Shown here one piece after another: positions 28,001 to 43,000 of a stretch of 64,000 nt of DNA. Location: NCBI GenBank assembly GCA_964016885.1, contig OZ024740.1, positions 29,698,001 to 29,762,000 on the forward strand. Reading direction: 5' to 3'. The notes beneath the pieces were generated by a model. The model did not search any database, was not told where the DNA came from, and saw only the letters and a program-made list of their open reading frames with translations. A program made the position numbers and the translations under genes. The stretch comes from Eledone cirrhosa. Lineage: Eukaryota. How positions within the stretch are numbered: the first letter of the stretch is position 1; each line of letters starts with the position of its first letter.

Positions 28001-31000
28001 TCTCCCTCTATCAGTTCCACTCCCACTCTTTCTACCTCTATCATTTCATCTCCCTCTCTTTTTCCCTCTATCATTTCCACTACCTCTCTTTCTCCCTCTA
28101 TCATTTCCACCCCTCTCTTTCTTCCTCTACCATTTCATCACACTCTCTTTCTCCCTCTATCATTTCCACTACCTCTCTTTCTCCCTCTATCATTTCCACC
28201 CCCTCTCTTTCTCCCTCTATCATTTCCCCTCCCTCTCTTTCTCCCTCTATCATTTCCACTACCTCTCTTTCTCCCTCTATCATTTCCCCTCCCTCTCTTT
28301 CTCCCTCTATCATTTGCACTCCCTCTCTTTCTCCCTCTATCATTTACACTCCCTCTCTTTCTCCCTCTATCATTTCCCCTCCCTCTCATTCTCCCCCTCT
28401 TTCTCTCTCTATCATTTCATCTCGCTCTCTTTCTCCCTCTATCATTTACACTCCCTCTCTTTCTCCCTCTATCATTTCCACACCCTCTCTTTCTCCCTCT
28501 ATCATTTCCCCTCCCGCTCTTTCTCCCTCTATCATTTCCCCTCCCTCTCATTCTCCCTCTCTTTCTCCCTCTATCATTTCATCTCCTCTTTCTCCCTCTA
28601 TCATTTACACTCCCTCTCTTTCTGCCTCTATCATTTCCACCCCCACTCTTTCTCCCTCTATCATTTCCAGTCCCTCTCTTTTTCCCTCTATCATTTCCAC
28701 TCCCTCTCTTTCTTCCTGTAACATTTCCACTCCCTCTCTTTCTCCCTCTATTATTTCCACCCCCTCTCTTTCACCTTTTATCATTTGCACCCCCTCTCTT
28801 TCTTCCTCTATCATTTCCACCCCCTCTCTTTTTCCCTCTATCATTTCCACCCCCTCTCTTTCTCTCTCTACCATTTCATCTCCCTCTCTTTCTCCCTCTA
28901 TTATTTCCACACCCTCTCTTTCTCCCTCGATCATTTCCACCCCCTCTTTCTGCCTCTATCATTTCCTGCCCCTCTCTTTCTCCCTCTATCATTTCCTCCC
29001 CCTCGTTTTCTCCCTCTATCATGTGCACCCCCTCTCTTTCTCCCCGAATCATTTCTACCCCCTCTCTTTCTCCCTCTATCATTTCCACCCCCTCTCTTTT
29101 CCCTCTATTAATTCCACTCCCTCTCTTTCCCCCTCAATAATTTCCACCCCACCCCTCTTTCTCCCTCTATCATTTCCACTCCCTCTCTTTCTCTCTCTAT
29201 CATTTCCTCCCCCTCTCTTTCTCCCTGTATCATTTCCACCCTCTCTCTTTCTCCCTCTATCATTTCCACTCCCTCTCTTTCTCCCTCTATCATTTCCACA
29301 GACTCTCTTTCTCCCTCTATCATTTCCGCTCCCTCTCTTTCTCCCTCTATCAGTTCCATTCCCTCTCTTTCTCCCTCTATCATTTCCACCCCTCTCTTTC
29401 TCCCTCTACCATTTCCACTCCCTCTCTTTCTCCCTCTATTATTTCCAACCCCTCTCTTTCACATTCTATCATTTCCACCCCCTCTCTTTCTCCCTCTATC
29501 ATTTCCAACCCCTCTCTTTCTCCCTCTATTATTTCATCTCCCTCTCTTTCTCTTTCTATCATTTCCTCCCCCTCTCTTTCTCCCTGTATCATTTCCACCC
29601 TCTCTCTTTCTCCGTCTATCATTTACCCTCCCTCTCTTTCTCCCTCTATCATTTCCACTCCCTCTCTTTCTCCCTCTATCATTTTCCCCTCACTCTCTTT
29701 CTCCCTCTATCATTTCCACTCACTCTCTTTCTCCCTCTATCATTTCCCCTCCCTCTCTTTCTCCCTCTATCATTTCCCCTCCCTCTCTTTCTCCCTCTAT
29801 CATTTCATCTCCCTCTCTTTTTCCCTCTATCATTTACACTCCCTCTCTTTCTGCCTCTATCATTTCTGCTCTCTCTCTTTCTCCCTCTATCAGTTCCACT
29901 CCCACTCTTTCAACCTCTATCATTTCATCTCCCTCTCTTTCTCCCTCTATCATTTCATCTCCCTCTCTTTTTCCCTCTATCATTTCCGCCCTCTCTCTTT
30001 CTCCCTCTATCAGTTCCACTCCCACTCTTTCTCCCGCTATCATTTCATCTTCCTCTCTTTTTCCCTCTATCATTTCCACTACCTCTCTTTCTCCCTCTAT
30101 CATTTCCACCCCTCTCTTTCTCCCTCTACCATTTGATCACACTCTCTTTCTCCCTCTATCATTTCCACACCCTCTCTTCTCCCTCTATCATTTCCCCTCC
30201 CTCTCTTTCTCCCTCTATCATTTCCACTACCTCTCTTTCTCCCTCTATCATTTCCCCTCCCTCTCTTTCTCCCTCTATCATTTGCACTCCCTCTCTTTCT
30301 CCATCTATCATTTCCCCTCCCTCTCTTTCTCCCTCTATCATTTCCAGCCCCTCTCTTTCTCCCTCTATCATTTCCACTCCCTCTCTTTCTCCCTCAAACA
30401 TTTCCACACCCTCAATTTCTCCCTCTATCATTTCCCCTCCCTCTCTTTCTCCCTCTCTTTTTTCCTCTATCATTTCATCTCCCTCTCTTTCTCCCTCTAT
30501 CATTTCCACACCCTCTCTTTCTCCCTCTATCATTTCCCCTCCCTCTCATTCTCCCTCTCTTTCTCCCTCTATCATTTCATCTCCTCTTTCTCCCTCTATC
30601 ATTTCCACTCCCTCTCTTTCTCCCTCTATTATTTCCACCCTCTCTCTTTCTCCCTCTATCAATTCCACCCCCTCTCTTTCTCTCTCTATCATTTCCACTC
30701 CCTCTCTTACTCCCTCTATCAATTCCAATCCCTCTCTTTTTCCCTCTATCATGTCCACCCCCTGTCTTTCACCCTCTATCATTTACACTCCCTCTCTTTC
30801 ACCCTCTATCATTTCATCTCCCTCTCTTTCTCCCTCTATCATTTCCCCTCCCTCTCTTTCTCCCTCTATCATTTCCACTCCGTCTCTTTCTCCCTCTATT
30901 ATTTCCACCCCCTCTCTTTCTCCCTCTATCAATTCCACCCCTCTCTTTCTCCCTCTATCATTTCCACTCCCTCTCTTTCTCCCTCTGACATTTCCCCTCC

Positions 31001-34000
31001 CTCTCTTTCTCCCTCTATCATTTCCACTCCGTCTCTTTCTCCCTCTATTATTTCCACCCCCTCTCTTTCACCCTCTATCAATTCCACCCCTCTCTTTCTC
31101 CCTCTAACATTTCCCCTCCCTCTCTTTCTCCCTCTATCATTTCGACTCCCTCTCTTTCTCCCTCTCTCTTTTCCACTACCTCTCTTTCTCCCTCTATCAT
31201 TTCATCACCCTCTCTTTCTCCCTCTATCATTTCACCACCCTCTCTTTCTCCCTCTATCATTTGCACACCCTCTCTTTCTCCCTTTATCATATCCCCACCC
31301 TCTCTTTCTCCCTCTATCATTTCCCCTCCCTCTCTTTCTCTCTCTATCATTTCCACTCCCTCTCTTTCTCCCTCTATCATTTCCCCTCCTTCTCTTTCTC
31401 CCTCTATCATTTCCACTCCCTCTCTTTCTCCCTCTATCATTTCCCCTCCCTCTATTTCTCCCTCTATCATTTCCACTCCCTCTCTTTCTCCCTCTATTAT
31501 TTCCACACCCTCCCTTTCTCCCTCTATCAATTCCACACCCTCTCTTTCTCCCTCTATCATTTCCACTCCCTCTCTTTCTCCCTCTAACATTTCCCCTCCC
31601 TCTCTTTCTCCCTCAATCATTACCTACCCCTCTCTTTCTCCCTCTATCATTTCATCACCTTTACTTTCTCCCTATATCATTTCCAGTCCCTCTCTTTCTC
31701 CCTCTTTCATTTCCACCCCCTCTCTTTTTCCCTCAATCATTTCATCTCTCTCTCTTTCTTCCTCTATCATTTCCACTCCCTCTCTTTCTCCCTCAATCAT
31801 TTCCTCTCGCTCTCTTTCTTCCTCTATCATTTCCACTCCCTCTCTTTCTCCCTCTATCAATTCCCCTCCCTCTCTTTCTCCCTCTATCATTTCCACTCCC
31901 TCTCTTACTACCTCTATCAATTCCACTCCTTCTCTTTTTTCCTCTATCATTTCCACCCCTCTCTTTCTCCCTCTATCATGTCCACCCCCTCTCTTTTAGC
32001 CTCTATCATTTACAATCCCTCTCTTTCTCCCTCTATCATTTCATCTCCCTCTCTTTCTCCCTCCATCATTTCCAACCCCTTTCTTTCTCCCTCTATCAAT
32101 ACCCCTCCCTCTCTTTCTCCCTCTAAAATTTCCACTCCCTCTCTTCCTCCCTCTATCAATTCCCCTCCCTCTCTTTCTCCCTCTATCATTTCATCTCCCT
32201 CTATCAATTCCACCGCCTCTCTTTTTCCCTCTATCATTTCCACTCCCTCTCTTTCTCCCTCTATCAGTTCCCCTCCCTCTCTTTCTCCCTCTATCATTTC
32301 CACTCCCTCTCTTTCTCCCTCTATCAATTCACCTCCCTTCTTTTTCCCTCTATCATTTCCACTCCCTCTCTTTCTCCCTCTATCAATTCCCCTCCCTCTC
32401 TTTCTCCCTCTAACATTTCCACTCCCTCTCTTTCTCCCTCTATCATTTCCACTCCCTCTCTTTCTTCCTCTATCATTTCTACTCCCTCTTTTTCTCCCTC
32501 TATCATTTCTACTCCCTCTCTTTCTCCCTCTATCATTTCCACTCCCTCTCTTTCTCCCTCCATCTTTTCCACTCCCTCTCTTTCTCCCTCTATTATTTCA
32601 TCACCCTCTCTTTTCCCTCTATCATTTCATCACCCTCTCTTTCTCCCTCTATCATTTCCACTCCCTCTCTTTCTCCCTCTATCATTTCCAGTCCCTCTCT
32701 TTCTCCCTCTATCATTTCCATCCCCTCTCTTTTTCCCTCTATCATTTCCACTCCCTCTCTTTCTTCCTGTAACATTTCCACTCCCTCTCTTTCTCCCTCT
32801 ATTATTTCCACCCCCTCTCTTTCACCCTTTATCATTTGCACCCCCTCTCTTTTCCCCTCTATCATTTCCACCCCCTCTCTTTCTCTCTCTACCATTTCAT
32901 CTCCCTCTCTTTCTCCCTCTATTATTTCCACACCCTCTCTTTCTCCCTCGATCATTTCCACCCTCTCTTTCTCCCTCTATCATTTCCTGCCCCTCTCTTT
33001 CTCCCTCTATCATTTCCTCCCCCTCGCTTTCTCCCTCTATCATTTGCACCGCCTCTCTTTCTCCCCGAATCATTTCCACCCCCTCTCTTTCTCACTCTAT
33101 CATTTCCACCCCCTCTCTTTTCCCTCTATTAATTCCACACCCTCTCTTTCTCCCTCTATCATTTCCTCCCAATATCTTTCTCCCTCTATCATTTCCACTC
33201 CCTCTCTTTCCCCCTCTATCATTTCCCCTCGCTCTCTTTCTCCCTCTATCATTTCCACTCACACTCTTTCTCCCTCTATCATTTCCCCTCCCTCTATGTC
33301 TCCCTCTATCATTTCCCCTCCCTCTCATTCTCCCTCTATCATTTCATCTCCCTCTCTTTTTCCCTCTATCATTTACACTCCCTCTCTTTCTCCCTCTATC
33401 ATTTCTGCTCTCTCTCTCTTTCTCCCTCTATCAGTTCCACTCCCACTCTTTCAACCTCTATCATTTCATCTCCCTCTCTTTCTCCCTCTATCATTTCATC
33501 TCCCTCTCTTTCTCCCTCTATCATTTCATCTCCCTCTCTTTTTCCCTCTATCATTTACACTCCCTCTCTTTCTCCCTCTATCATTTCCGCCCTCTCTCTT
33601 TCTCCCTCTATCAGTTCCACTCCCACTCTTTCTCCCTCTATCATTTCATCTCCCTCTCTTTTTCCCTCTATCATTTCCACTACCTCTCTTTCTCCCTCTA
33701 TCATTTGCACTCCCTCTCTTTCTCCCTCTATCATTTACACTCCCTCTCTTTCTCCCTCTATCATTTCCCCTCCCTCTCATTCTCCCCCTCTTTCTCCCTC
33801 TATCATTTCATCTCCCTCTCTTTCTCCCTCTATCATTTACACTCCCTCTCTTTCTCCCTCTATCATTTCCACACCCTCTCTTTCTCCCTCTATCATTTCC
33901 CCTCCCGCTCTTTCTCCCTCTATCATTTCCCCTCCCTCTCATTCTCCCTCTCTTTCTCCCTCTATCATTTCATCTCCTCTTTCTCCCTCTATCATTTACA

Positions 34001-37000
34001 CTCCCTCTCTTTCTGCCTCTATCATTTCCCCTCCCTCTCATTCTCCCTCTATCATTTCATCCCCCTCTCTTTCTCCCTCTATTATTTCCACTCCCTCTCT
34101 TTTTCCCTCTATCATGTCCACCCCCTGTCTTTCACCCTCTATCATTTACACTCCCTCTCTTTCACCCTCTATCATTTCATCTCCCTCTCTTTCTCCCTCT
34201 ATCATTTCCCCTCCCTCTCTTTCTCCCTCTATCATTTCCAATTCGTCTCTTTCTCCCTCTATTATTTCCACCCCCTCTCTTTCTCCCTCTATCAATTCCA
34301 CCCCTCTCTTTCTCCCTCTATCATTTCCACTCCCTCTCTTTCTCCCTCTGACATTTCCCCTCCCTCTCTTTCTCCCTCTATCATTTCCACTCCGTCTCTT
34401 TCTCCCTCTATTATTTCCACCCCCTCTCTTTCACCCTCTATCAATTCCACCCCTCTCTTTCTCCCTCTATCATTTCCACTCCCTCTCTTTCTCCCTCTAA
34501 CATTTCCCCTCCCTCTCTTTCTCCCTCTATCATTTCCACTCCCTCTCTTTCTCCCTCTCTCTTTTCCACTACCTCTCTTTCTCCCTCTATCATTTCATCA
34601 CCCTCTCTTTCTCCCTCTATCATTTCACCACCCTCTCTTTCTCCCTCTATCATTTGCACACCCTCTCTTTCTCCCTCTATCATATCCCCTCCCTCTCTTT
34701 CTCCCTCTATCATTTCCCCTCCCTCTCTTTCTCTCTCTATCATTTCCACTCCCTCTCTTTCTCCCTCTATCATTTCCCCTCCCTCTCTTTCTCCCTCTAT
34801 CATTTCCACTCCCTCTCTTTCTCCCTCTATCATTTCCCCTCCCTCTATTTCTCCCTCTATCATTTCCACTCCCTCTCTTTCTCCCTCTATTATTTCCACA
34901 CCCTCCCTTTCTCCCTCTATCAATTCCACCCCCTCTCTTTCTCCCTCTATCATTTCCACTCCCTCTCTTTCTCCCTCTAACATTTCCCCTCCCTCTCTTT
35001 CTCCCTCAATCATTACCTACCCCTCTCTTTCTCCCTCTATCATTTCATCACCTTTACTTTCTCCCTATATCATTTCCAGTCCCTCTCTTTCTCCCTCTTT
35101 CATTTCCACCCCCTCTCTTTTTCTCTCAATCATTTCATCTCTCTCTCTTTTTTCCTCTATCATTTCCACTCCCTCTCTTTCTCCCTCAATCATTTGCTCT
35201 CGCTCTCTTTCTTCCTCTATCATTTCCACACCCTCTCTTTCTCCCTCTATCATTTCCACTCCCTCTCTTTCTCCCTCTATCTTTTCCACTCCCTCTCTTT
35301 CTCCCTCTATCAATTCCCCTCCCTCTCTTTCTCCCTCTATCATTTCCACTCCCTCTCTTACTACCTCTATCAATTCCACTCCTTCTCTTTTTTCCTCTAT
35401 CATTTCCAGCCCTCTCTTTCTCCCTCTATCATGTCCACCCCCTCTCTTTTAGCCTCTATCATTTACAATCCCTCTCTTTCTCCCTCTATCATTTCATCTC
35501 CCTCTCTTTCTCCCTCCATCATTTCCAACCCCTCTCTTTCTCCCTCTATCAATACCCCTCCCTCTCTTTCTCCCTCTAAAATTTCCACTCCCTCTCTTCC
35601 TCCCTCTATCAATTCCCCTCCCTCTCTTTCTCCCTCTATCATTTCATCTCCCTCTATCAATTCCACCGCCTCTCTTTTTCCCTCTATCATTTCCACTCCC
35701 TCTCTTTCTCCCTCTATCAGTTCCCCTCCCTCTCTTTCTCCCTCTCTTTCTCCCTCTATCAATTCACCTCCCTTTCTTTTTCCCTCTATCATTTCCACTC
35801 CCTCTCTTTCTCCCTCTATCAATTCCCCTCCCTCTCTTCCTCCCTCTAACATTTCCACTCCCTCTCTTTCTCCCTCTATCATTTCCACTCCCTCTCTTTC
35901 TTCCTCTATCATTTCTACTCCTTCTTTTTCTCCCTCTATCATTTCTACTCCCTCTCTTTCTCCCTCTATCATTTCCACTCCCTCTCTTTCTCCCTCCATC
36001 TTTTCCACTCCCTCTCTTTCTCCCTCTATTATTTCATCACCCTCTCTTTCCCCTCTATCATTTCATCACCCTCTCTATCTCCCTCTATCATTTCCACTCC
36101 CTCTCTTTCTCCCTCTATCATTTACACTCCCTCTCTTTCTCCCTCCATATTTTCCACTCCCTCTCTTTCACCCTCTATCATTTCATCACCCTCTCTTTCT
36201 CCCTCTATCATTTCATCACCCTCTCTTTCTCCCTCTATCATTTCCTCCCCTCTCTTTCTCCCTCTATAATTTCCACCACCTCTCTATCTCCCTCTATCAT
36301 TTCATCTCTCCCTCTTTCTCCCTCTATCATTTCCACTCCCACTCTTTCTCCCTCTATCATTTCATCTCGTTCTCTTTCTTCCTCTATCATTTCCACTCCC
36401 TCTCTTTCTCCCTCAATCATTTCCTCTCACTCTCTTTCTCCCTGTATTATTTCCACTCCCTCTCTTTCTCCGTCTATCATTTCCACTCCCTCTCTTTCTC
36501 CCTCTATCTTTTCCACTCCCTCTCTTTCTCCCTCTATCAATTCCCCTCCATCTCTTTCTCCCTCTATCATTTCCACTCCCTCTCTTACTCCCTCTATCAA
36601 TTCCACTCCTTCTCTTTTTTCCTCTATCAATTCCACCCCCTCCCTTTCGCCCTCTATCATTTTCACCCCTTCTCTTTCTTTCTCTATCATTTCCACACCC
36701 ACTCTATTTCCCTCTATCATTTCCACTCCCTCTCATTCTCCCTCTATCAATTCCCCTCCCTCTCTTTCTCCCTCTAACATTTCCACTCCCTCTCTTTCTC
36801 CCTCTATCATTTCCACTCACTCTCTTTCTTCCTCTATCATTTCTACTCACTCTCTTTCTCTCTCTATCATTTCATCACCCTCTCTTTCTCCCTCTATCAT
36901 TTCATCACCCTCTCTTTCTCCCTCTATCATTTCCACCCCCTCTTTATCTCCCTCTATCATTTCATCTCCCTCTCTTTCTCCCTCTATCATTTCCACTCCC

Positions 37001-40000
37001 ACTCTTTCTCCCTCTATTACTTCCACTCCCTCTCTCTCTGCCTCTATCATTTCCACTCCCTCTCTTTCTCCCTCTATCAATTCAACTCACTCTCTTTCTC
37101 CCTCTATCATTTCATTCTCCCTCTTTTCACTTTCTATCATTTCCACTGCCTCTCTTTCTCCCTCTATCATTTCCACTCCCTCTCTTTCTCCCTCGATAAT
37201 TTCCACTCCCTCTCTTACTCCCTCTATCAATTCCACTCCTTCTCTTTTTCCCTCTATCATTTCCACCCCTCTCTTTCTCCCTCTATCATGTCCAACCCCT
37301 CTCTTTCACCCTCTATCATTTACAATCCCTCTCTTTCTCCCTCTATCAACTCATCTCCCTCTCTTTCTCCCTCTATCATTTCCAACCCCTCTCTTTCTCC
37401 CTTTATCAATTCCCCTCCCTCTCTTTCTCCCTCTATCATTTCCACTCCCTCTCTTACTACCTCTATCAATTCCACTCCTTCTCTTTTTCCCTCTATCATT
37501 TCCACTCCTCTCTTTCTCCCTCTATCATGTCCACCCCCTCTCTTTCACCCTCTATCATTTACAATCCCTCTCTTTTTCCCTCTATCATTTCATCTCCCTC
37601 TCTTTTTCCCTCCATCATTCCAACCCCTCTCTTTCTCCCTCTATCAATAACCCTCCCTCTCTTTCTCCCTCTAAAATGTCCACTCCCTCTCTTCCTCCCT
37701 CTATCAATTCCCCTCCCTCTCTTTCTCCCTCTATCATTTCATCTCCCTCTATCAATTCCATCCCCTCTCTTTTTCCCTCTATCATTTCCACTCCCTCTTT
37801 CTCCCTCTATCAGTTCCCCTCCCTCTCTTTCTCCCTCTATCATTTCCACTCCCTCTCTTTCTCCCTCTATCAATTCCCCTCCCTCTCTTTCTCCCTCTAA
37901 CATTTCCACTCCCTCTCTTTCTCCCTCTATCTTTTCCACTCCCTCTCTTTCTTCCTCTATCATTTCTACACCCTCTCTTTCTCCCTCTATCATTTCTACT
38001 CCCTCTCTTTCTCCCTCTATCATTTCCACTCCCTCTCTTTCTCCCTCCATCTTTTACACTCCCTCTCTTTCTCCCTCTATCATTTCATCACCCTCTCTTT
38101 CTCCCTCTATCATTTCATCACCCTCTCTTTCTCCCTCTATCATTTCATCACTCTCTCTTTTTCCCTGTATCATTTCATCACACTCTCTTTCTCCCTCTAT
38201 AATTTCCACCCCCTCTCTATGTCCCTCTATCATTTCATCTCCCTCTCTTTCTCCCTCTATCATTTCCACTCCCTCTCTTTCTCCCTCTATCATTTCTACT
38301 CCCTCTCTTTCTCCCTCTATCATTTCCTCCCCTCTCTTTCTCCCTCTATCTTTTCCAGTCCCTCTCTTTGTCCCTCTATCATTTCTAATCCCTCTCTTTC
38401 TCCCTCTATCATTTCCACTACCTCTCTTTCTCCCTCTATCATTTCCTCCCCTCTCTTTCTCCCTCTATAATTTCCACCACCTCTCTTTCTCCCTCTATCA
38501 TTTCCACTCTCTCTCTTTCTCCGTCTATCATTTCCACTCCCTCTCTTTCTCCCTCTATCTTTTCCACTCCCTCTCTTTCTCCCTCTATCATTTCATCTCT
38601 CCCTCTTTCTCCCTCTATCATTTCCACTCCCACTCTTTCTCCCTCTATCATTTCATCTCGCTCTCTTTCTTCCTCTATCATTTCCACTCCCTCTATTTCT
38701 CCCTCAATCATTTCCTCTCACTCTCTTTCTCCCTCTATCATTTACACTCCCTCTCTTTCTCCGTCTATCTTTTCCACTGCCTCTCTTTCTCCCTCTATCT
38801 TTTCCACTCCCTCTCTTTCTCCCTCTATCAATTCCCCTCCCTCTCTTTCTCCCTCTATCATTTCCACTCCCTCTCTTACTCCCTCTATCAATTCCACTCC
38901 TTCTCTTTTTCCCTCTATCATTTCCAGCCCTCTCTTTCTCCCTCTATCATGTCCACCCCCTCTCTTTTAGCCTCTATCATTTACAATCCCTCTCTTTCTC
39001 CCTCTATCATTTCATCTCCCTCTCTTTCTCCCTCCATCATTTCCAACCCCTCTCTTTCTCCCTCTATCAATACCCCTCCCTCTCTTTCTCCCTCTAAAAT
39101 TTCCACTCCCTCTCTTCCTCCCTCTATCAATTCCCCTCCCTCTCTTTCTCCCTCTATCATTTCATCTCCCTCTATCAATTCCACCGCCTCTCTTTTTCCC
39201 TCTATCATTTCCACTCCCTCTCTTTCTCCCTCTATCAGTTCCCCTCCCTCTCTTTCTCCCTCTATCATTTCCACTCCCTCTCTTTCTCCCTCTATCAATT
39301 CACCTCCCTTTCTTTTTCCCTCTATCATTTCCACTCCCTCTCTTTCTCCCTCTATCAATTCCCCTCCCTCTCTTTCTCCCTCTAACATTTCCACTCCCTC
39401 TCTTTCTCCCTCTATCATTTCCACTCCCTCTCTTTCTTCCTCTATCATTTCTACTCCCTCTTTTTCTCCCTCTATCATTTCTACTCCCTCTCTTTCTCCT
39501 CTATCATTTCCACTCCCTCTCTTTCCCTCCATCTTTTCCACTCCCTCTCTTTCTCCCTCTATTATTTCATCACCCTCTCTTTCCCCTCTATCATTTCATC
39601 ACCCTCTCTATCTCCCTCTATCATTTCCACTCCCTCTCTTTCTCCCTCTATCATTTACACTCCCTCTCTTTCTCCCTCCATATTTTCCACTCCCTCTCTT
39701 CACCCTCTATCATTTCATCACCCTCTCTTTCTCCCTCTATCATTTCATCACCCTCTCTTTCTCCCTCTATCATTTCCTCCCCTCTCTTTCTCCCTCTATA
39801 ATTTCCACACCTCTCTATCTCCCTCTATCATTTCATCTCTCCCTCTTTCTCCCTCTATCATTTCCACTCCCACTCTTTCTCCCTCAACATCATTTCATCT
39901 CGTTCTCTTTCTTCCTCTATCATTTCCACTCCCTCTCTTTCTCCCTCAATCATTTCCTCTCACTCTCTTTCTCCCTGTATTATTTCCACTCCCTCTCTTC

Positions 40001-43000
40001 TCCGTCTATCATTTCCACTCCCTCTCTTTCTCCCTCTATCTTTCCACTCCCTCTCTTACACCCTCTAACAAAACCCCACCATCACTTTCACCCACTATCA
40101 TTTCCACTCTCTCTCTTACTCCCTCTATCAATTCACTCCTTCACAAATTCCACACACAATCCACCCCCACCCTTACGCCCTCAAACAATTTCACCCCTTC
40201 TCTTTCTTTCTCTATCATTTCACACCCACTCTATTCCCTCTATCATTTCCAACCCCTCTCTTTCTCCCTCTATCAATTCCCCTCCCTCTCTTCTCCCTCT
40301 ATCATTCCACTCCCTCTCTTACTACCTCTATCAATTCCACTCCTTCTCTTTTCCCTCTATCATTTCCACTCCTCTCTTTCTCCCTCTATCATTCCACCCC
40401 CTCTCTTCACCCTCTATCATTTACAATCCCTCTCTTTTCCCTCTATCATTTCATCTCCCTCTCTTTTTCCCTCCATCATTCCAACCCCTCTCTTTCTCCC
40501 TCTATCAATAACCCTCCCTCTCTTTCTCCCTCTAAAATGTACACGCCCTCTCTTCCCCACTATCAATTCCCCTCCCTCACTTCTCCTCTATCATTTCATC
40601 TCCCTCTATCAATTCCACCCCCTCTCTTTTCCCTCTATCATTTCCACTCCCTCTTTCTCCACTATCATTCTCCTCCCTCTCTTTCTCCCTCTATCATTTC
40701 CACTCCCTCACTTTCTCCCTCTATCAATTCCCCTCCCTCTCTTTCTCCCTCTAACAATTCCACTCCCTCTCTTTCTCCCTCTATCTTTCCACTCCCTCTC
40801 TTTCTTCCTCTATCATTTCTACTCCCTCTCTTTCTCCCTCTATCATTTCTACTCCCTCTCTTTCTCCCTCTATCAATTCCACACCCTCTCTTTCTCCCTC
40901 CATCTTTTACACTCCCTCTCTTTCTCCCTCTATCATTTCATCACCCTCTCTTTCTCCCTCTATCATTTCATCACCCTCTCTTTCTCCCTCTATCATTTCA
41001 TCACTCTCTCTTTTTCCCTGTATCATTTCATCACACTCTCTTTCTCCCTCTATAATTTCCACCCCCTCTCTATGTCCCTCTATCATTTCATCTCCCTCTC
41101 TTTCTCCCTCTATCATTTCCACTCCCTCTCTTTCTCCCTCTATCATTTCTACTCCCTCTCTTTCTCCCTCTATCATTTCCTCCCCTCTCTTTCTCCCTCT
41201 ATCTTATCCAGTCCCTCTCTTTGTCCCTCTATCATTTCTAATCCCTCTCTTCTCCCTCTATCATTTCCACTACCTCTCTTTCTCCCTCTATCATTTCCTC
41301 CCCTCTCTTTCTCCCTCTATAATTTCCACCACCTCTCTTTCTCCCTCTATCATTTCATCTCTCCCTCTTTCTCCCTCTATCATTTCCACTCCCACTCTTT
41401 CTCCCTCTATCATTTCATCTCGCTCTCTTGCTTCCTCTATCATTTCCACTCCCTCTCTTTCTCCCTCAATCATTTCCTCTCACTCGCTTTCTCCCTCTAT
41501 CATTTCCACTCTCTCTCTTTCTCCGTCTATCATTTCCACTCCCTCTCTTTCTCCCTCTATCTTTTCCACTCCCTCTCTTTCTCCCTCTATCATTTCATCT
41601 CTCCCTCTTTCTCCCTCTATCATTTCCACTCCCACTCTTTCTCCCTCTATCATTTCATCTCGCTCTCTTTCTTCCTCTATCATTTCCACTCCCTCTATTT
41701 CTCCCTCAATCATTTCCTCTCACTCTCTTTCTCCCTCTATCATTTACACTCCCTCTCTTTCTCCGTCTATCTTTTCCACTGCCTCTCTTTCTCCCTCTAT
41801 CTTTTCCACTCCCTCTCTTTCTCCCTCTATCAATTCCCCTCCCTCTCTTTCTCCCTCTATCATTTCCACTCCCTCTCTTACTCCCTCTATCAATTCCACT
41901 CCTTCTCTTTTCCCTCTATCATTTCCACCCCTCACAATCACCCTCTATCATGTCAACCCCCACTCTTCACCCACTATCACAAACAATCCCACACATACTC
42001 CTCTATCATTTCATCTCCCTCTCTTTCTCTTTCTATCATTTCCAACCCCTCTCTTTCACCCACTATCAATTCCCCTCCTCTCTTTCTCCCTCTACATTCC
42101 ACCCCCTCTCTTTCTCCCTCTATCAATCCACCCCCTCCCTTTCTCCCTCTATCATTTTCACCCCTTCTCTTTCTCTCTCTATCATTTCCACACCCACTCT
42201 ATTCCCTCTATCATTTCCACTCCCTCTCTTTCTCCCTCTATCAATTCGCCTCCCTCTCTTTCTCCCTCTAACATTTCTACTCCCTCTCTTTCTCCCTCTA
42301 TTATTTCCACTCCCTCTCTTTCTCCCTCCATCTTTTCCACTCCTCTCTTTCTCCCTCTATCATTCATCACCCTCTCTTCTCCCTCTATCATTTCATCACC
42401 CTCTCTTTCTCCCTCTATCATTTCATCTCCCTCTCTTTCTCCCTCTATCATTTCCACTCACTCTCTTTCTTCCTCTATCATTTCTACTCCCTCTCTTTCT
42501 CCCTCTATCATTTCTACTCCCTCTCTTTCTCCCTCTATCATTTCCACTCCCTCTCTTTCTCCCTCCATCTTTTCCACTCCCTCTCTTTCTCCCTCTATCA
42601 TTTCATCACACTCTCTTTCTCCCTCTATCATTTCATCTCCCTCTCTTTCTCCCTCTATCATTTCCATCCCCTCTCTTTCTCCCTCTATCATTTCCACCCC
42701 TCTCTTTCTCCCTCTATCATGTCCACCCCCTCTCTTTCACCCTCTATCATTTAAAATACCTCTCTTTCTCCCTCTATCATTTCATCTCCCTCTCTTTCTC
42801 CCTCCATCATTTCCAACCCCTCTCTTTCTCCCTCTATCAATACCCCTCCCTCTCTTTCTCCTCTATCATTTCCACTCACTCTCTTTCTTCGTCTATCATT
42901 TCTACTCCCTCTCTTTCTCCCTCTATCATTTCTACTCCCTCTCTTTCTCCCTCTATCATTTCCACTCCCTCTCTTTCTCCCTCCATCTTTTCCACTCCCT

